From positions 90,001 through 122,000 of the forward strand of contig NZ_PQWO01000014.1 in the NCBI RefSeq assembly GCF_003231495.1: a DNA stretch of 32,000 bases, written 5' to 3'. Of this stretch, positions 7,752-16,180 are shown piece after piece. Position 1 is the stretch's first letter. The number at the start of each line of letters is the position of its first letter. Under the pieces are notes generated by a model. It searched no databases, had not been told where the DNA came from, and saw only the letters and a program-made list of their open reading frames with translations. Made by a program: the position numbers and the translations under genes. The stretch is from Acaryochloris thomasi RCC1774. Its GTDB lineage: Bacteria > Cyanobacteriota > Cyanobacteriia > Thermosynechococcales > Thermosynechococcaceae.

Positions 7752-8907
7752 TAAGATAGGTCACTATCCGCCCCGCAGCTCGCTGAACGCTCCCGGCTTC
7801 CCCCAGCAGTTTTCTCAGATGTTCATAGCCCTCTAAAACTTGCTGTCGGCCCTGTGGCTTCAGCAGCGATAGCGTCGCGGCGACCACCCGTTCGGGGGTC
7901 GCTTGTTCCTGGAGCAATTCAGGTACGGTGAGCTGTCCCGTCACTAGATTCACCGGACAAATGAACGGGATATCGTATCGCAGCACATGGCGAAAAATCC
8001 AGTAGCTGAAGGGATGCAGTCGATAGAGTACGACCTGCGGTATACCTAACAGGGCTGCTTCTAAATTGACGGTCCCTGATTTTACAATTGCTACATCTGC
8101 CGCTGCTAGGGTGAGCTGTGATTCTGAGGTCAGCGTAGCCCGTAGTCCGTAATCCTCCACCGCCTTTAGAATCGTGGGCCGATACTGATCCAAAGAAACA
8201 GGAATCCAGAAATGGACTTGGGGACTCTGAGTCTGAATTTGCCGTGCCGCCGCGCAGATTGTGGGTAGCAAGTAATCAATTTCCTGCTGCCGAGAGGCCG
8301 GGACTAGGGCAATGGCTGTTTGAGTTTCAGGAATGCCGAGCTGTGATCGAGCCGCCTCTCGAGTTGGTGCCTGCTGCATCCGGTCAACCAGGGGGTGCCC
8401 CACCCAGGTCACAGAGGCCCCATTCTCAGAAAAGTGTTGGGCCTCGCGGGGAAAAATGGCAATCACTTCATCCACTAAGTCCACCACCTGCCGCGTCGCT
8501 TTGGTGGGGTTCGAGACAACCCAGGCTTGGGGGGCAATATAGTACAAAATCGGAACGTTGAAATGACGCTTCAGATATCGGCCCATGGGCAGATTGACCC
8601 CCGCATAGTCGATCAGCACGACCAGATCGGGAGGGTGGGTTTGCAGATACTGACGAACCTGTCGCTGCAGGCGTAGGCTAGGCCACACGTAGCGCAGAGA
8701 CTCCATGAGACCGACAGAACCAAGACTGAGAGTGTTTCCGAGCAGTTGGGCACCCGCAGCCGCCATGCGATTTCCGCCCAAGGCCACGATCTCTAACTCA
8801 AGCTGCGCCTGCTGGGCCTGCGTCTGGAGGGCCGTAATCAACAAGCTGCCCTGCAGATCGCCCGAGACTTCTCCGGTGCTGATCAAGATGCGGCAGGGAT
8901 GAGCCAT
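7714..8907 (-). CDS. lpxB: Lipid-A-disaccharide synthase
   Basis: N-terminus ILISTGEVSGDLQGSLLITAL, length 397 aa, plus the internal motifs IDYAGVNL, YYIAPQAW and VKSGTVNLEAALLGIPQVVLYR. Confidence 0.93.
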   Translation of the reverse strand: MAHPCRILISTGEVSGDLQGSLLITALQTQAQQAQLELEIVALGGNRMAAAGAQLLGNTLSLGSVGLMESLRYVWPSLRLQRQVRQYLQTHPPDLVVLIDYAGVNLPMGRYLKRHFNVPILYYIAPQAWVVSNPTKATRQVVDLVDEVIAIFPREAQHFSENGASVTWVGHPLVDRMQQAPTREAARSQLGIPETQTAIALVPASRQQEIDYLLPTICAAARQIQTQSPQVHFWIPVSLDQYRPTILKAVEDYGLRATLTSESQLTLAAADVAIVKSGTVNLEAALLGIPQVVLYRLHPFSYWIFRHVLRYDIPFICPVNLVTGQLTVPELLQEQATPERVVAATLSLLKPQGRQQVLEGYEHLRKLLGEAGSVQRAAGRIVTYLINSEATACGVSE

Positions 8908-9728
8908 TAGTGGGTCAGAGAGCCGAAACGCCCGGGCGTTAATCCCCGTCGCCCAGACGCCTGAGACTGCTTGAGAAAATGCTCAAGATGCTGAATTAGC
9001 TCATGTTCCGGTAGCCAAGCCATCTGCTCCAGTGCTTGATTGAGCGTTAGGCCCGATCGATAGAGCAGTCGAAAGGCTTTCTTGAGGGAGCGCTGAACTT
9101 CGCCGTTGGCTATTTCACTGATGCCAGCTCGCCTGAGTCCCACCTGATTTAAAGAGCGAATCCGAGCTGGATTGCCTTCTATCAGCATGTAGGGTGGCAC
9201 GTCCCGCGTGATCCGGCTCATGCCGCCGACCATGGCTAAGCGCCCAATATGGACAAACTGATGGATGCCTAAGACACCGCTAATTCGTGCCCGAGATTCT
9301 AGGGTGACGTGACCGCTGAGGGCAACGGCGTTGGCGATAATGACTTCGTTCTCAACCAAGCAGTTGTGGCCCACATGGACGTAAGCCATCAGCAGATTGT
9401 CATTGCCAATCTGAGTGACTTCCTGCTCGGCTGTTGCTCGGTTGATGGTGACGTATTCGCGAATTAAGTTGCGATCGCCAATTTTGACGTAGCTCTCAGC
9501 CCCAGCGTATTTCAAATCCTGGGGCTCTAATCCAATCACTGCGCCAGAGAAGATTTGATTATCACAGCCAATCTCCGTCCAGCCATCAATCACAACATGT
9601 GCCCCCACCTTAGTCTGGGGGCCAACTTTAACATGCTCACCAATCACAGCATATGGCCCGATCTGAACGGTCGTATCCAGTTGAGCGCTGGGATGAATAA
9701 CGGCAGTGGGATGAATCAACGTTGTCAT
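8907..9728 (-). CDS. lpxA: Acyl-ACP--UDP-N-acetylglucosamine O-acyltransferase
   Basis: Left-handed beta-helix hexapeptide repeats begin at IHPTAVIHPSAQL. GHNCLVENEVIIANAVALSGHV and the C-terminal helical domain (GLRRAGIS...A..LLYRSG) follow. Length 273 aa. Confidence 0.94.
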   Translation of the reverse strand: MTTLIHPTAVIHPSAQLDTTVQIGPYAVIGEHVKVGPQTKVGAHVVIDGWTEIGCDNQIFSGAVIGLEPQDLKYAGAESYVKIGDRNLIREYVTINRATAEQEVTQIGNDNLLMAYVHVGHNCLVENEVIIANAVALSGHVTLESRARISGVLGIHQFVHIGRLAMVGGMSRITRDVPPYMLIEGNPARIRSLNQVGLRRAGISEIANGEVQRSLKKAFRLLYRSGLTLNQALEQMAWLPEHELIQHLEHFLKQSQASGRRGLTPGRFGSLTH

Positions 9729-9815
9729 GGCTGGCTGTTAACGGTTAGCTGAGAATGGCTAATGGGTATACGTCAATTGCTAATCGTTCACCGAATCCCT
9801 CACCCCTTGAAATGT

Positions 9816-10331
9816 CTAATTATCAACCAGTGCAAACATGAGTTCTCCCTGGCAGGCGAGTTGACCATCAACCTCTGCGCGAGACTGCATGGAGCCAAAA
9901 CGGCGCCGTTTGATACTCAATAGCTCCACCGTGATCACTAGCTGATCTCCTGGTACAACCTGACGCCGAAATCGAACTTTATCAATTCCTGCAAACAGAG
10001 ATAGGCGACCTCGCATCTCGGGTACATCGGATAGCACAACCCCGCCCACCTGAGCCATGGCTTCCACGATCAGAACACCCGGCATAATCGGGCGACCTGG
10101 GAAATGTCCTTGAAAGAAGGGTTCATTGATGGTGACGTTTTTGATGCCGACGGCGCGTTCACCATGCACGCGCTCTAGAATGCGATCAATCAGCAAAAAA
10201 GGATAGCGGTGGGGAAGAACCTCTTGAATTTGTTCAATGGTCAACGAGGTTGAGGCTTCTTGTGCCGGAGATGAATCAGCCTCTGGGCTGGTTGCGGGTG
10301 GCGAAGACGGTGGGTTAGTTACGGTCGGCAT
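9816..10331 (-). CDS. fabZ: 3-hydroxyacyl-ACP dehydratase FabZ
   Basis: [13 protein letters not shown] and [26 protein letters not shown] are the hot-dog fold active-site motifs. The protein carries a ~30-aa Pro/Ser-rich N-terminal extension. Confidence 0.94.
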   Translation of the reverse strand: MPTVTNPPSSPPATSPEADSSPAQEASTSLTIEQIQEVLPHRYPFLLIDRILERVHGERAVGIKNVTINEPFFQGHFPGRPIMPGVLIVEAMAQVGGVVLSDVPEMRGRLSLFAGIDKVRFRRQVVPGDQLVITVELLSIKRRRFGSMQSRAEVDGQLACQGELMFALVDN

Positions 10332-10382
10332 GGCGAAATCTTATTCAAGGGGCAGAGAGCACTCACAGCCGTTAGAAACAGG

Positions 10383-11348
10383 CTACGCCTGTGTCAGGGT
10401 CGTCGACTGTAAGAGGCGCCGTGCCAGTTGCAAGTGGAGCGCATGACTAGCCTTATAGGCCACAACATGAACTCGGGGCAAAGCACCCAATAGGCTTAAG
10501 TCTCCAATTAAGTCCAACAGCTTATGTCGGACTGGTTCATTGGTGTACCTGAGGGGAGGGTTAAGCCAGCCTTCTTGGGTACAGACTAAAGCATTCTCTA
10601 GACTACCACCTTTGATTAGCCCCCTGTTCTGGAGCATCTCAACATCAGAAGCTAAGCCAAAGGTTCGAGCCGGTGATATCTCTGTAGCAAAATCTGATAG
10701 ATGAGTGCTATGCCACTGGCACCCAATAATGGTGTCGGGAAAATCAATCCCGTAGCTCAATTGGATCTTCGATGAGGGCAGGGCGACCACAAATGCTTCA
10801 TCCTGCTGCACAATTTCAGGTGCCTTCAAGGAGCGCTGCGAGCGAGGGACCGACTGTGAAACCCAACCAACATCAACAATGTTCTGCACCCACTCTAGAG
10901 AAGATCCGTCAAGCAAAGGGACTTCGGGGCCATTGATTTCTATCCGAACATTATCGATGCCCAAGCCCGCCAGTGCCGCGAGTAAGTGCTCAACGGTACG
11001 AACGGCGGCGTCTCCTTGCGCCAGTTCGGTCGATAAAACCGTCTGACTCACCTGCTTAACCTGGGCCGGAATTCTGGGTGCGCTGGGCAGATCCACCCGT
11101 ACAAAATATCGTCCTGCATCAGGAGGGGCAGGACAGAGCTGTACCTGAGCTACTTCACCACTATGGAGGCCCACACCAGAGAGAGTCAGCGTTGATCGCA
11201 GCGTCTGCTGGTGCTGGGATTCAACGGCTGAGCAACCTTCAAGGGTCGGCCGTAAGGTCTGGATAAAATCAGATGAGCCCATCGGTGTTCCGCTATCTAC
11301 ACCCATGTTAGAGAGAGCCTGCGGAACGGTGATGGGGTCAGGGAGCAT
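10383..11348 (-). CDS. lpxC: UDP-3-O-acyl-N-acetylglucosamine deacetylase
   Basis: [40 protein letters not shown] and [14 protein letters not shown] are LpxC signatures. The start is uncertain: the ATG at 11348 overlaps the bamA stop, and in-frame ATGs lie downstream at codons 15 and 23. Confidence 0.9.
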   Translation of the reverse strand: MLPDPITVPQALSNMGVDSGTPMGSSDFIQTLRPTLEGCSAVESQHQQTLRSTLTLSGVGLHSGEVAQVQLCPAPPDAGRYFVRVDLPSAPRIPAQVKQVSQTVLSTELAQGDAAVRTVEHLLAALAGLGIDNVRIEINGPEVPLLDGSSLEWVQNIVDVGWVSQSVPRSQRSLKAPEIVQQDEAFVVALPSSKIQLSYGIDFPDTIIGCQWHSTHLSDFATEISPARTFGLASDVEMLQNRGLIKGGSLENALVCTQEGWLNPPLRYTNEPVRHKLLDLIGDLSLLGALPRVHVVAYKASHALHLQLARRLLQSTTLTQA

Positions 11349-13963
11349 TAGAACCGTTCTCCAAATCCGAAGTGGAACTGATTGTCTCCTTCATCGTTGA
11401 GGCCGAAATCAAGCCGCACTGGCCCAATGGGCGTATTGACGCGTAGACCCGCTCCATAACCAAAACCGTCTCCAGGCTTACCTCGAATCAGTCCTGGACT
11501 CCCGATCACGTTATCTTGAGTGCCTAGGTTGGTCCCATAGTCCAGGAACAGGACGCCACGAATGCCGCCCAAAAACTTAAGTAGTGGGAACCGATACTCA
11601 GCCGTCGCCTGTAGGAAGCTGCGGCCACTACCCAGATCCCCTTCATCGAAACCGCGTACAGAGGAGGCGCCGCCAAGGGTAAAAGCCTCATAGGGAGGTA
11701 AATCACCAAGAACGGTTCCGCCTTGTACGTTGAACGCTAAAGCCTGTGGACCTTCTGTAAAACGAAGCAAGCTGACCGGCAAAAAGTAACTATAGCTGGC
11801 TCGCAAACGAGTCCCGAAGATGCTGCCTTGTCCTAACGGAACCCACTGCTCAATGCCAAAGCGGGCAGCCCAGCCGCTGGTGGGATTGGCCGGATCGTTC
11901 CGCTGATCCCGACCTAGACCAAATTGAACCGTAAACAGATCATCTGTCCCAGAGCCGCTAAAGCTGAGCGGGTTGCCGAGGTTATCGACGGGAGATAGAT
12001 CGAAGTCGCTATCGCGAATAGAAACCTTCTGATACTGAAAGCCCAAAGAGGCTGTCCAGGCTCTCGCACGTTTGGCACGAGTTTTCGTCAGCGGCCTTGT
12101 AAAGGAGAAGCCTGCCCCCAGCCGGTTGACGCGAGGGGTGTCGCCATTGGGTAGTTCTACATCGCAAGGACTGTCAACCAGTGGGCCAGCGGCAGGATCG
12201 ATGTTGCACGAAGCGAGATCTTCAAAAGGACCTTCATCAAAGACGAGGGGAGTGGTTAGGCGGTTGAAGATGTTGACGGTGTATGAGGTACCGTAGGGAT
12301 CGCCGGCAATCCAGGGATCGGTAAAGCTGACGTCAAAGAGCAGCTCACGGGTACCCAGCTGAAGCTGTAGGCCAAGGTTTTGATTGTTGCCGCCCAGATT
12401 GCTTTGATTATAAGAGCCGGTTCCAAAGAAGCCACTGCGAGAGCTAAAGCCTGCACCCGCAGAGAAGCTACCGGTGCTGCGCTCCTGAACGTTGAGGTTC
12501 ACCAAGACCTTACGCGGATCCTGCCCCGGTTCGAGGGCGACTTGCACATCTTCAAATAGCCCTAAGCCAAACACTCTCTGTAGATCGGTTTGCAATAGGT
12601 CGCGGTTGAGAACGTCTCCTGGCTTGGTGTCTAGCTCACGGGTAATGATGAATTTTCGGGTCTTGCCTTTGGTCGGTTCACCATCTTCATTGAGGTAGCG
12701 AACATCAATTTCTTCGATGATGCCCTCCGCAACCTGAAGGGTGACGGTGCCGTCTGCATCGACTTGAGGTGTACCAACTACCTGAGCGAGGACGAAGCCT
12801 TCGTCTTGGTAGTACTTATTGACGGCCTGAATGCCGGTCTGCAGCTCTTTAAGATTGAGAATACGACCGTACTGAGGCGAAAAGATCTCGTCTACTTTTT
12901 CTTGGGTTAAGACCTGATTGCCTGCAACCTGAACGGCTCGCAGCGGTGGGTTTGGCTGCACGAAGAAGGTGACTCGCACACCTAAGGGCGTATCTTGAGG
13001 TTCGGCCCGGACGTTGTTAAAGAAACCTGTGGCAAAAATGGCGTTGATGTCGGACTGGATTTGCGATCGCGTCGAAGGTTGCCCCGGCCTTGTAGAAATC
13101 GCCTCATAGACGGTAAGTGCTAGATCACCATCAGCTCCTTCCACTGCAACTTCAGAAACCAACACCTCTGGCTCTGGTTCTGTGGATTCAACAGCCCCTG
13201 GTTCAGCTCCGGGCGTGGGTGCTCCATCAGGGGGTGGGGGAGGAAATGCCGGTGCCTCTGGTGCTCCTGGTCCTGGGGGGACGGCGGGTAGATCTTCCGA
13301 GTCCGTGGGGGGAGTTGGTGCGCCGTCCTCTACAGATGGTTCGCCTGTCGGTGGAGCCTCGATCGTGGGTTCTTCTTCTGAGTCGTCTGTCTCTATCTCG
13401 CCTTCTAGCTCATCTACCTCTTCTTCTACTTCCGCTTCTATCTCTTCTTCTACGGTCTCTGTCGGTGGCTCGTCGCCTGTGATCGGAACCTCAACGCCCC
13501 TTGTTGGTTCATCTACCGGTGCAACAGGGGGCAGAGATGGAGATGGAACGGCTGGCTCAATAGGAGCAACAGGCACTGGTACAACAGGCGTTGACCCCTC
13601 CGTTGCTTCTGCTGCGTCTTCTGATTCTTCTGCCGCAGGGTCTGTTGGGTTTGGCTCTGCTGTCTCGGCATCGGCTTCTGATTGTTCTGTGTCTTCTGCT
13701 TGCGAGATTAGATCGTCAACTGGCAGTTGCCCACGCTTAAAGATCTGTTGTGTGGTCGGAGCTGCGTTCTCTTCAGAACCCTGCAGAACGTTTGCCCGGA
13801 CCCGTTTTGCACCTGTAATCGTTAGAATAGACGTGACTGCCAGAGTCGTTCCCAACAGAAACGGGACAGATTGGAGCTTTGATGATTTAGATTGAACCAC
13901 TGCACACACCACATGAACGCTTAACAATTTGACAATAGCTAAGCCGGGATCACCCACTCCCAA
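11348..13963 (-). CDS. bamA: Omp85/BamA-family outer-membrane protein assembly factor (cyanobacterial Omp85, Toc75 relative)
   Basis: The domain order is: signal-like N-terminus, a ~180-aa acidic Pro-rich region, POTRA-like repeats ([10 protein letters not shown]...[10 protein letters not shown]..., [12 protein letters not shown]...), and a C-terminal beta-barrel. The barrel has alternating aromatic/Gly strands and ends in the motif FHFGFGERF. The 5' end is uncertain. 13963 is a TTG, and GTG candidates lie at about 13912-13900, just before the predicted signal peptide. Confidence 0.9.
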   Translation of the reverse strand: MGVGDPGLAIVKLLSVHVVCAVVQSKSSKLQSVPFLLGTTLAVTSILTITGAKRVRANVLQGSEENAAPTTQQIFKRGQLPVDDLISQAEDTEQSEADAETAEPNPTDPAAEESEDAAEATEGSTPVVPVPVAPIEPAVPSPSLPPVAPVDEPTRGVEVPITGDEPPTETVEEEIEAEVEEEVDELEGEIETDDSEEEPTIEAPPTGEPSVEDGAPTPPTDSEDLPAVPPGPGAPEAPAFPPPPPDGAPTPGAEPGAVESTEPEPEVLVSEVAVEGADGDLALTVYEAISTRPGQPSTRSQIQSDINAIFATGFFNNVRAEPQDTPLGVRVTFFVQPNPPLRAVQVAGNQVLTQEKVDEIFSPQYGRILNLKELQTGIQAVNKYYQDEGFVLAQVVGTPQVDADGTVTLQVAEGIIEEIDVRYLNEDGEPTKGKTRKFIITRELDTKPGDVLNRDLLQTDLQRVFGLGLFEDVQVALEPGQDPRKVLVNLNVQERSTGSFSAGAGFSSRSGFFGTGSYNQSNLGGNNQNLGLQLQLGTRELLFDVSFTDPWIAGDPYGTSYTVNIFNRLTTPLVFDEGPFEDLASCNIDPAAGPLVDSPCDVELPNGDTPRVNRLGAGFSFTRPLTKTRAKRARAWTASLGFQYQKVSIRDSDFDLSPVDNLGNPLSFSGSGTDDLFTVQFGLGRDQRNDPANPTSGWAARFGIEQWVPLGQGSIFGTRLRASYSYFLPVSLLRFTEGPQALAFNVQGGTVLGDLPPYEAFTLGGASSVRGFDEGDLGSGRSFLQATAEYRFPLLKFLGGIRGVLFLDYGTNLGTQDNVIGSPGLIRGKPGDGFGYGAGLRVNTPIGPVRLDFGLNDEGDNQFHFGFGERF
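13166..13705 (-). other. Low-complexity acidic/proline-rich segment of BamA (roughly codons 87-266 of the ORF)
   Basis: The translation is dominated by E, D, P, A and T (for example [28 protein letters not shown] and [20 protein letters not shown]). This composition creates a long spurious Ser/Gly-rich ORF on the opposite strand. Confidence 0.85.
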
Positions 13964-14004
13964 CCATCAGCACGCAGTATTCTAGCGTACGATGCTGGGC
14001 AAGA

Positions 14005-14733
14005 CTATGCCGACTGCGCTAAAACCCTCTTCATTACTTGAGCGTAGGCGTTTTCAATATCGCCTAAATCGCGTCGAAACCGATCTTTATCCATGACCCG
14101 TCGGCTAGGATCACTCTCTCCTTTCTGCCAAAGGCGACAGGTATCGGGGCTAATTTCATCGGCTAACAGCAACACCTGATCGGCATCACAGCCAAACTCT
14201 AGCTTGAAGTCCACTAGAGTGATTTGGCACTTCTCGAAGAAGTTAGCCAAAATTTGATTGATCTGAAGTGCACGCTCAATAAGCTGGTTGAGCTGTGTTT
14301 CGGTCACAACTTCCATCAGCAGGATGCGTGCGTGCGTCAGCAGAGGATCGCCTAAGGCATCATTCTTATAGTGAAAATCGACCAGTGGCTTTTTCAAAAC
14401 CGTTCCGAGTTCCAATCCTGTCTGTTGACAGAGACTGCCGGCAGCAATGTTCCTGACGACAACTTCTAGCGGGATAATTTTCACCGCCCGGACCTGCATA
14501 TCGTCCTCTGCTGTTTGAGAGATGAAGTGGGTTGCGATGCCTGCGGTCTCTAGCATCTGGAATAAATGAGCGGCAATGGTGCAGTTCATTTTGCCTTTGC
14601 CGACAATCTGACCCTTTTTCTGGGCATTGTAGGCAGTTGCATCATCTTTAAAGTGAGCCAGCAAAATGTTGGGATCGTCGGTCTTGTAGACAATCTTGGC
14701 TTTGCCTTCGTAGAGGATCTCAGCAGCAGACAT
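14005..14733 (-). CDS. purC: Phosphoribosylaminoimidazole-succinocarboxamide (SAICAR) synthase
   Basis: MSAAEILYEGKAKIVYKT..., NAQKKGQIVGKG, ISPDTCRLW and DKDRFRRDLG are PurC motifs. The ORF-track start at 14910 is an upstream extension. The ATG at 14733 gives a typical 242-aa protein. Confidence 0.94.
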   Translation of the reverse strand: MSAAEILYEGKAKIVYKTDDPNILLAHFKDDATAYNAQKKGQIVGKGKMNCTIAAHLFQMLETAGIATHFISQTAEDDMQVRAVKIIPLEVVVRNIAAGSLCQQTGLELGTVLKKPLVDFHYKNDALGDPLLTHARILLMEVVTETQLNQLIERALQINQILANFFEKCQITLVDFKLEFGCDADQVLLLADEISPDTCRLWQKGESDPSRRVMDKDRFRRDLGDIENAYAQVMKRVLAQSA

Positions 14734-14854
14734 CAATCGGCTCCCACAGTCATTGATTTGAGCAGTCAGCTCAATAAGCTCCAAAGATTCTAGCTTCTTA
14801 CCTGTCACAATGTGTGTTTTTAAAAGGCAGAGAACAGATATTGTTGCTGATAAT

Positions 14855-15247
14855 CTAGGCCCACAAGTCGAGGGGCAGGTGCCCGTACATATGATTAAGG
14901 CCTCCCTCAACGGCGGACTGGCAGGACACTAAAACGCCGCGATGCTCGCCGGTATAGCTTTCGCAATAGCAAAGATTGGTTTGGGGGTTGAATTTGATAT
15001 AGATGGGGCCTTCGACAGGCTCTAACGGCTGAGAGATGCTGTGCCCTAAGGCTTTGGCATAGTCGTTGAGGGCGCTGATTCCCTGAGTAAAGGTGCTGGC
15101 GAGAATACCCAAAATTTGGTCGTCTGAGGCGTCAATTACCCGACATAGGGCTGCCTGAGTTTCTGGAAGGTTGGGCGTGGGTTCTGATTCTGTCTCAAAG
15201 ATGACCAGCAAATCGTGGGCTTGCTGGAGGGTCAGAGCATTGGTCAT
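14855..15247 (-). CDS. Conserved cyanobacterial hypothetical protein, DUF1824-like
   Basis: 130-aa product from the ATG at 15247 (MTNALTLQQAHDLL...). The C-terminus PIYIKFNPQTNLCYCESYTGEHRGVLVSCQS...YGHLPLDLWA matches my recollection of the DUF1824 family. The upstream part of the 238-aa ORF-track entry overlaps the IMPase gene out of frame and looks non-coding. Confidence 0.65.
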   Translation of the reverse strand: MTNALTLQQAHDLLVIFETESEPTPNLPETQAALCRVIDASDDQILGILASTFTQGISALNDYAKALGHSISQPLEPVEGPIYIKFNPQTNLCYCESYTGEHRGVLVSCQSAVEGGLNHMYGHLPLDLWA

Positions 15248-16053
15248 AGATTTGAACTCACGCATTGAACAAGGGGCAAAAATTCTGAGAGCCACTGGGC
15301 TTGACTCACCACTAGGGTTGGGTAAGGACGATTGCCGTAGCTTTGCCCCACCTGCAGCGGAAAGATGGGATGAGGCTCCAGCGCCTGCCATGCGCCGCCA
15401 GCGGCTTGAACGATGGGCCACACCGCCGCAATATCCCAAATTTTGGGGGTGGCTTCGATGGCACCGAGGGTCATCCCCGCCGCTACGGTAAGGACGTTGT
15501 AGGCGGCTGATCCCAGCATCCGAACTTTGCAGGGGAAGGGCTGCTTTAGGATGTCGGTGCTGCGGGCGCAAAAGCTAAAAAATTGGTTGGGGGCCGGAGC
15601 GTCGGTCCGGGTTTGGATGGGAGCATTGTTTAAGAAGGCGCTGTTGGTGTGGTCAGGGGCATTCCAGAAGCCGTGAAAGGTTTGATTTAAGGGGGGCAGA
15701 TGGACATAGCCGAAGACGGGGGTGCCTTTGTAAAGCAGCCCCAGGGAAATTGCCCAGATGGGGATGCCCCGCGTGAAGTTGGTGGTGCCGTCAATGGGGT
15801 CGATGATCCAGCACCAGTCGCGATCGGGGAACTGGTGGGTGCCCTCTTCAGTGAGGAGGCCGTGGTCGGGGAAGGTGGTTGCGATCGCATCTCCAATCTC
15901 TTGATCCGCCCATCGATCGCAGCGGGTCACCAAGCTTCCATCATCCTTTGCCGTGGCCTGCACCTGACCGTATTCCAGCAGGAGCTGTGCTCCCACGCGT
16001 TGAGTAATCTCATGTGAGAATTCGATGACCTGAGACCAGAAAGAAGCGGGCAT
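15244..16053 (-). CDS. Inositol monophosphatase (IMPase/SuhB/HisN-like) family protein
   Basis: LLTEEG, WIIDPIDGTTNF and WDIAA are IMPase-family metal-binding and substrate motifs. The likely start is the ATG at 16053 (MPASFWSQVIEF). Confidence 0.85.
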   Translation of the reverse strand: MPASFWSQVIEFSHEITQRVGAQLLLEYGQVQATAKDDGSLVTRCDRWADQEIGDAIATTFPDHGLLTEEGTHQFPDRDWCWIIDPIDGTTNFTRGIPIWAISLGLLYKGTPVFGYVHLPPLNQTFHGFWNAPDHTNSAFLNNAPIQTRTDAPAPNQFFSFCARSTDILKQPFPCKVRMLGSAAYNVLTVAAGMTLGAIEATPKIWDIAAVWPIVQAAGGAWQALEPHPIFPLQVGQSYGNRPYPTLVVSQAQWLSEFLPLVQCVSSNL

Positions 16054-16180
16054 GGCAAAAGGGCCACTGAAAGGAACCTTGACGCAGCCTACCACAGCGA
16101 TTCATCAAGTTTTTGGGAAACGAATAGATTATTTTCTACCATCGATATTGTATCTGCGATTACTTTTATCGACCTTCACC

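Noticed and set aside
9781-9815. CGTTCACC...CCCTCACCCC in the fabZ-lpxA spacer, which recalled the 5' part of the glutamine (glnA) riboswitch.
   Set aside because: It is on the strand opposite to the operon. It also lacks the closing GGAAGUAGG...AAGGAACG half of the motif. The resemblance is only a short chance similarity.
13182-13895. A 237-aa plus-strand ORF, with a second 121-aa one at 13117-13482, rich in Ser and Gly and lying antisense to bamA.
   Set aside because: It is the mirror image of the GAx/CCx-rich codons of the acidic Pro-rich BamA segment. It is low-complexity, has no start context, and is fully contained in a well-supported gene on the other strand.
14734-14910. N-terminal extensions in the ORF track. 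The range given is for purC; the same applies to coaE (6770-6883), GNAT (2830-2883), the WG-repeat gene (16052-16180), DUF429 (21941-21988) and IMPase (16054-16095).
   Set aside because: In each case the conserved family N-terminus or signal peptide begins at an internal ATG. The upstream residues look like translated promoter or leader DNA.
15248-15571. The upstream two-thirds of the 238-aa minus-strand ORF 14855..15571, which overlaps the IMPase gene in another frame.
   Set aside because: The translation there (RPQHRHPKAALPLQSSDAGISRLQRPYRSGGDDPRCHRS...) is Arg/Pro/Ser-rich junk typical of an off-frame read through GC-rich coding DNA. Recognisable protein sequence starts only at the ATG at 15247.
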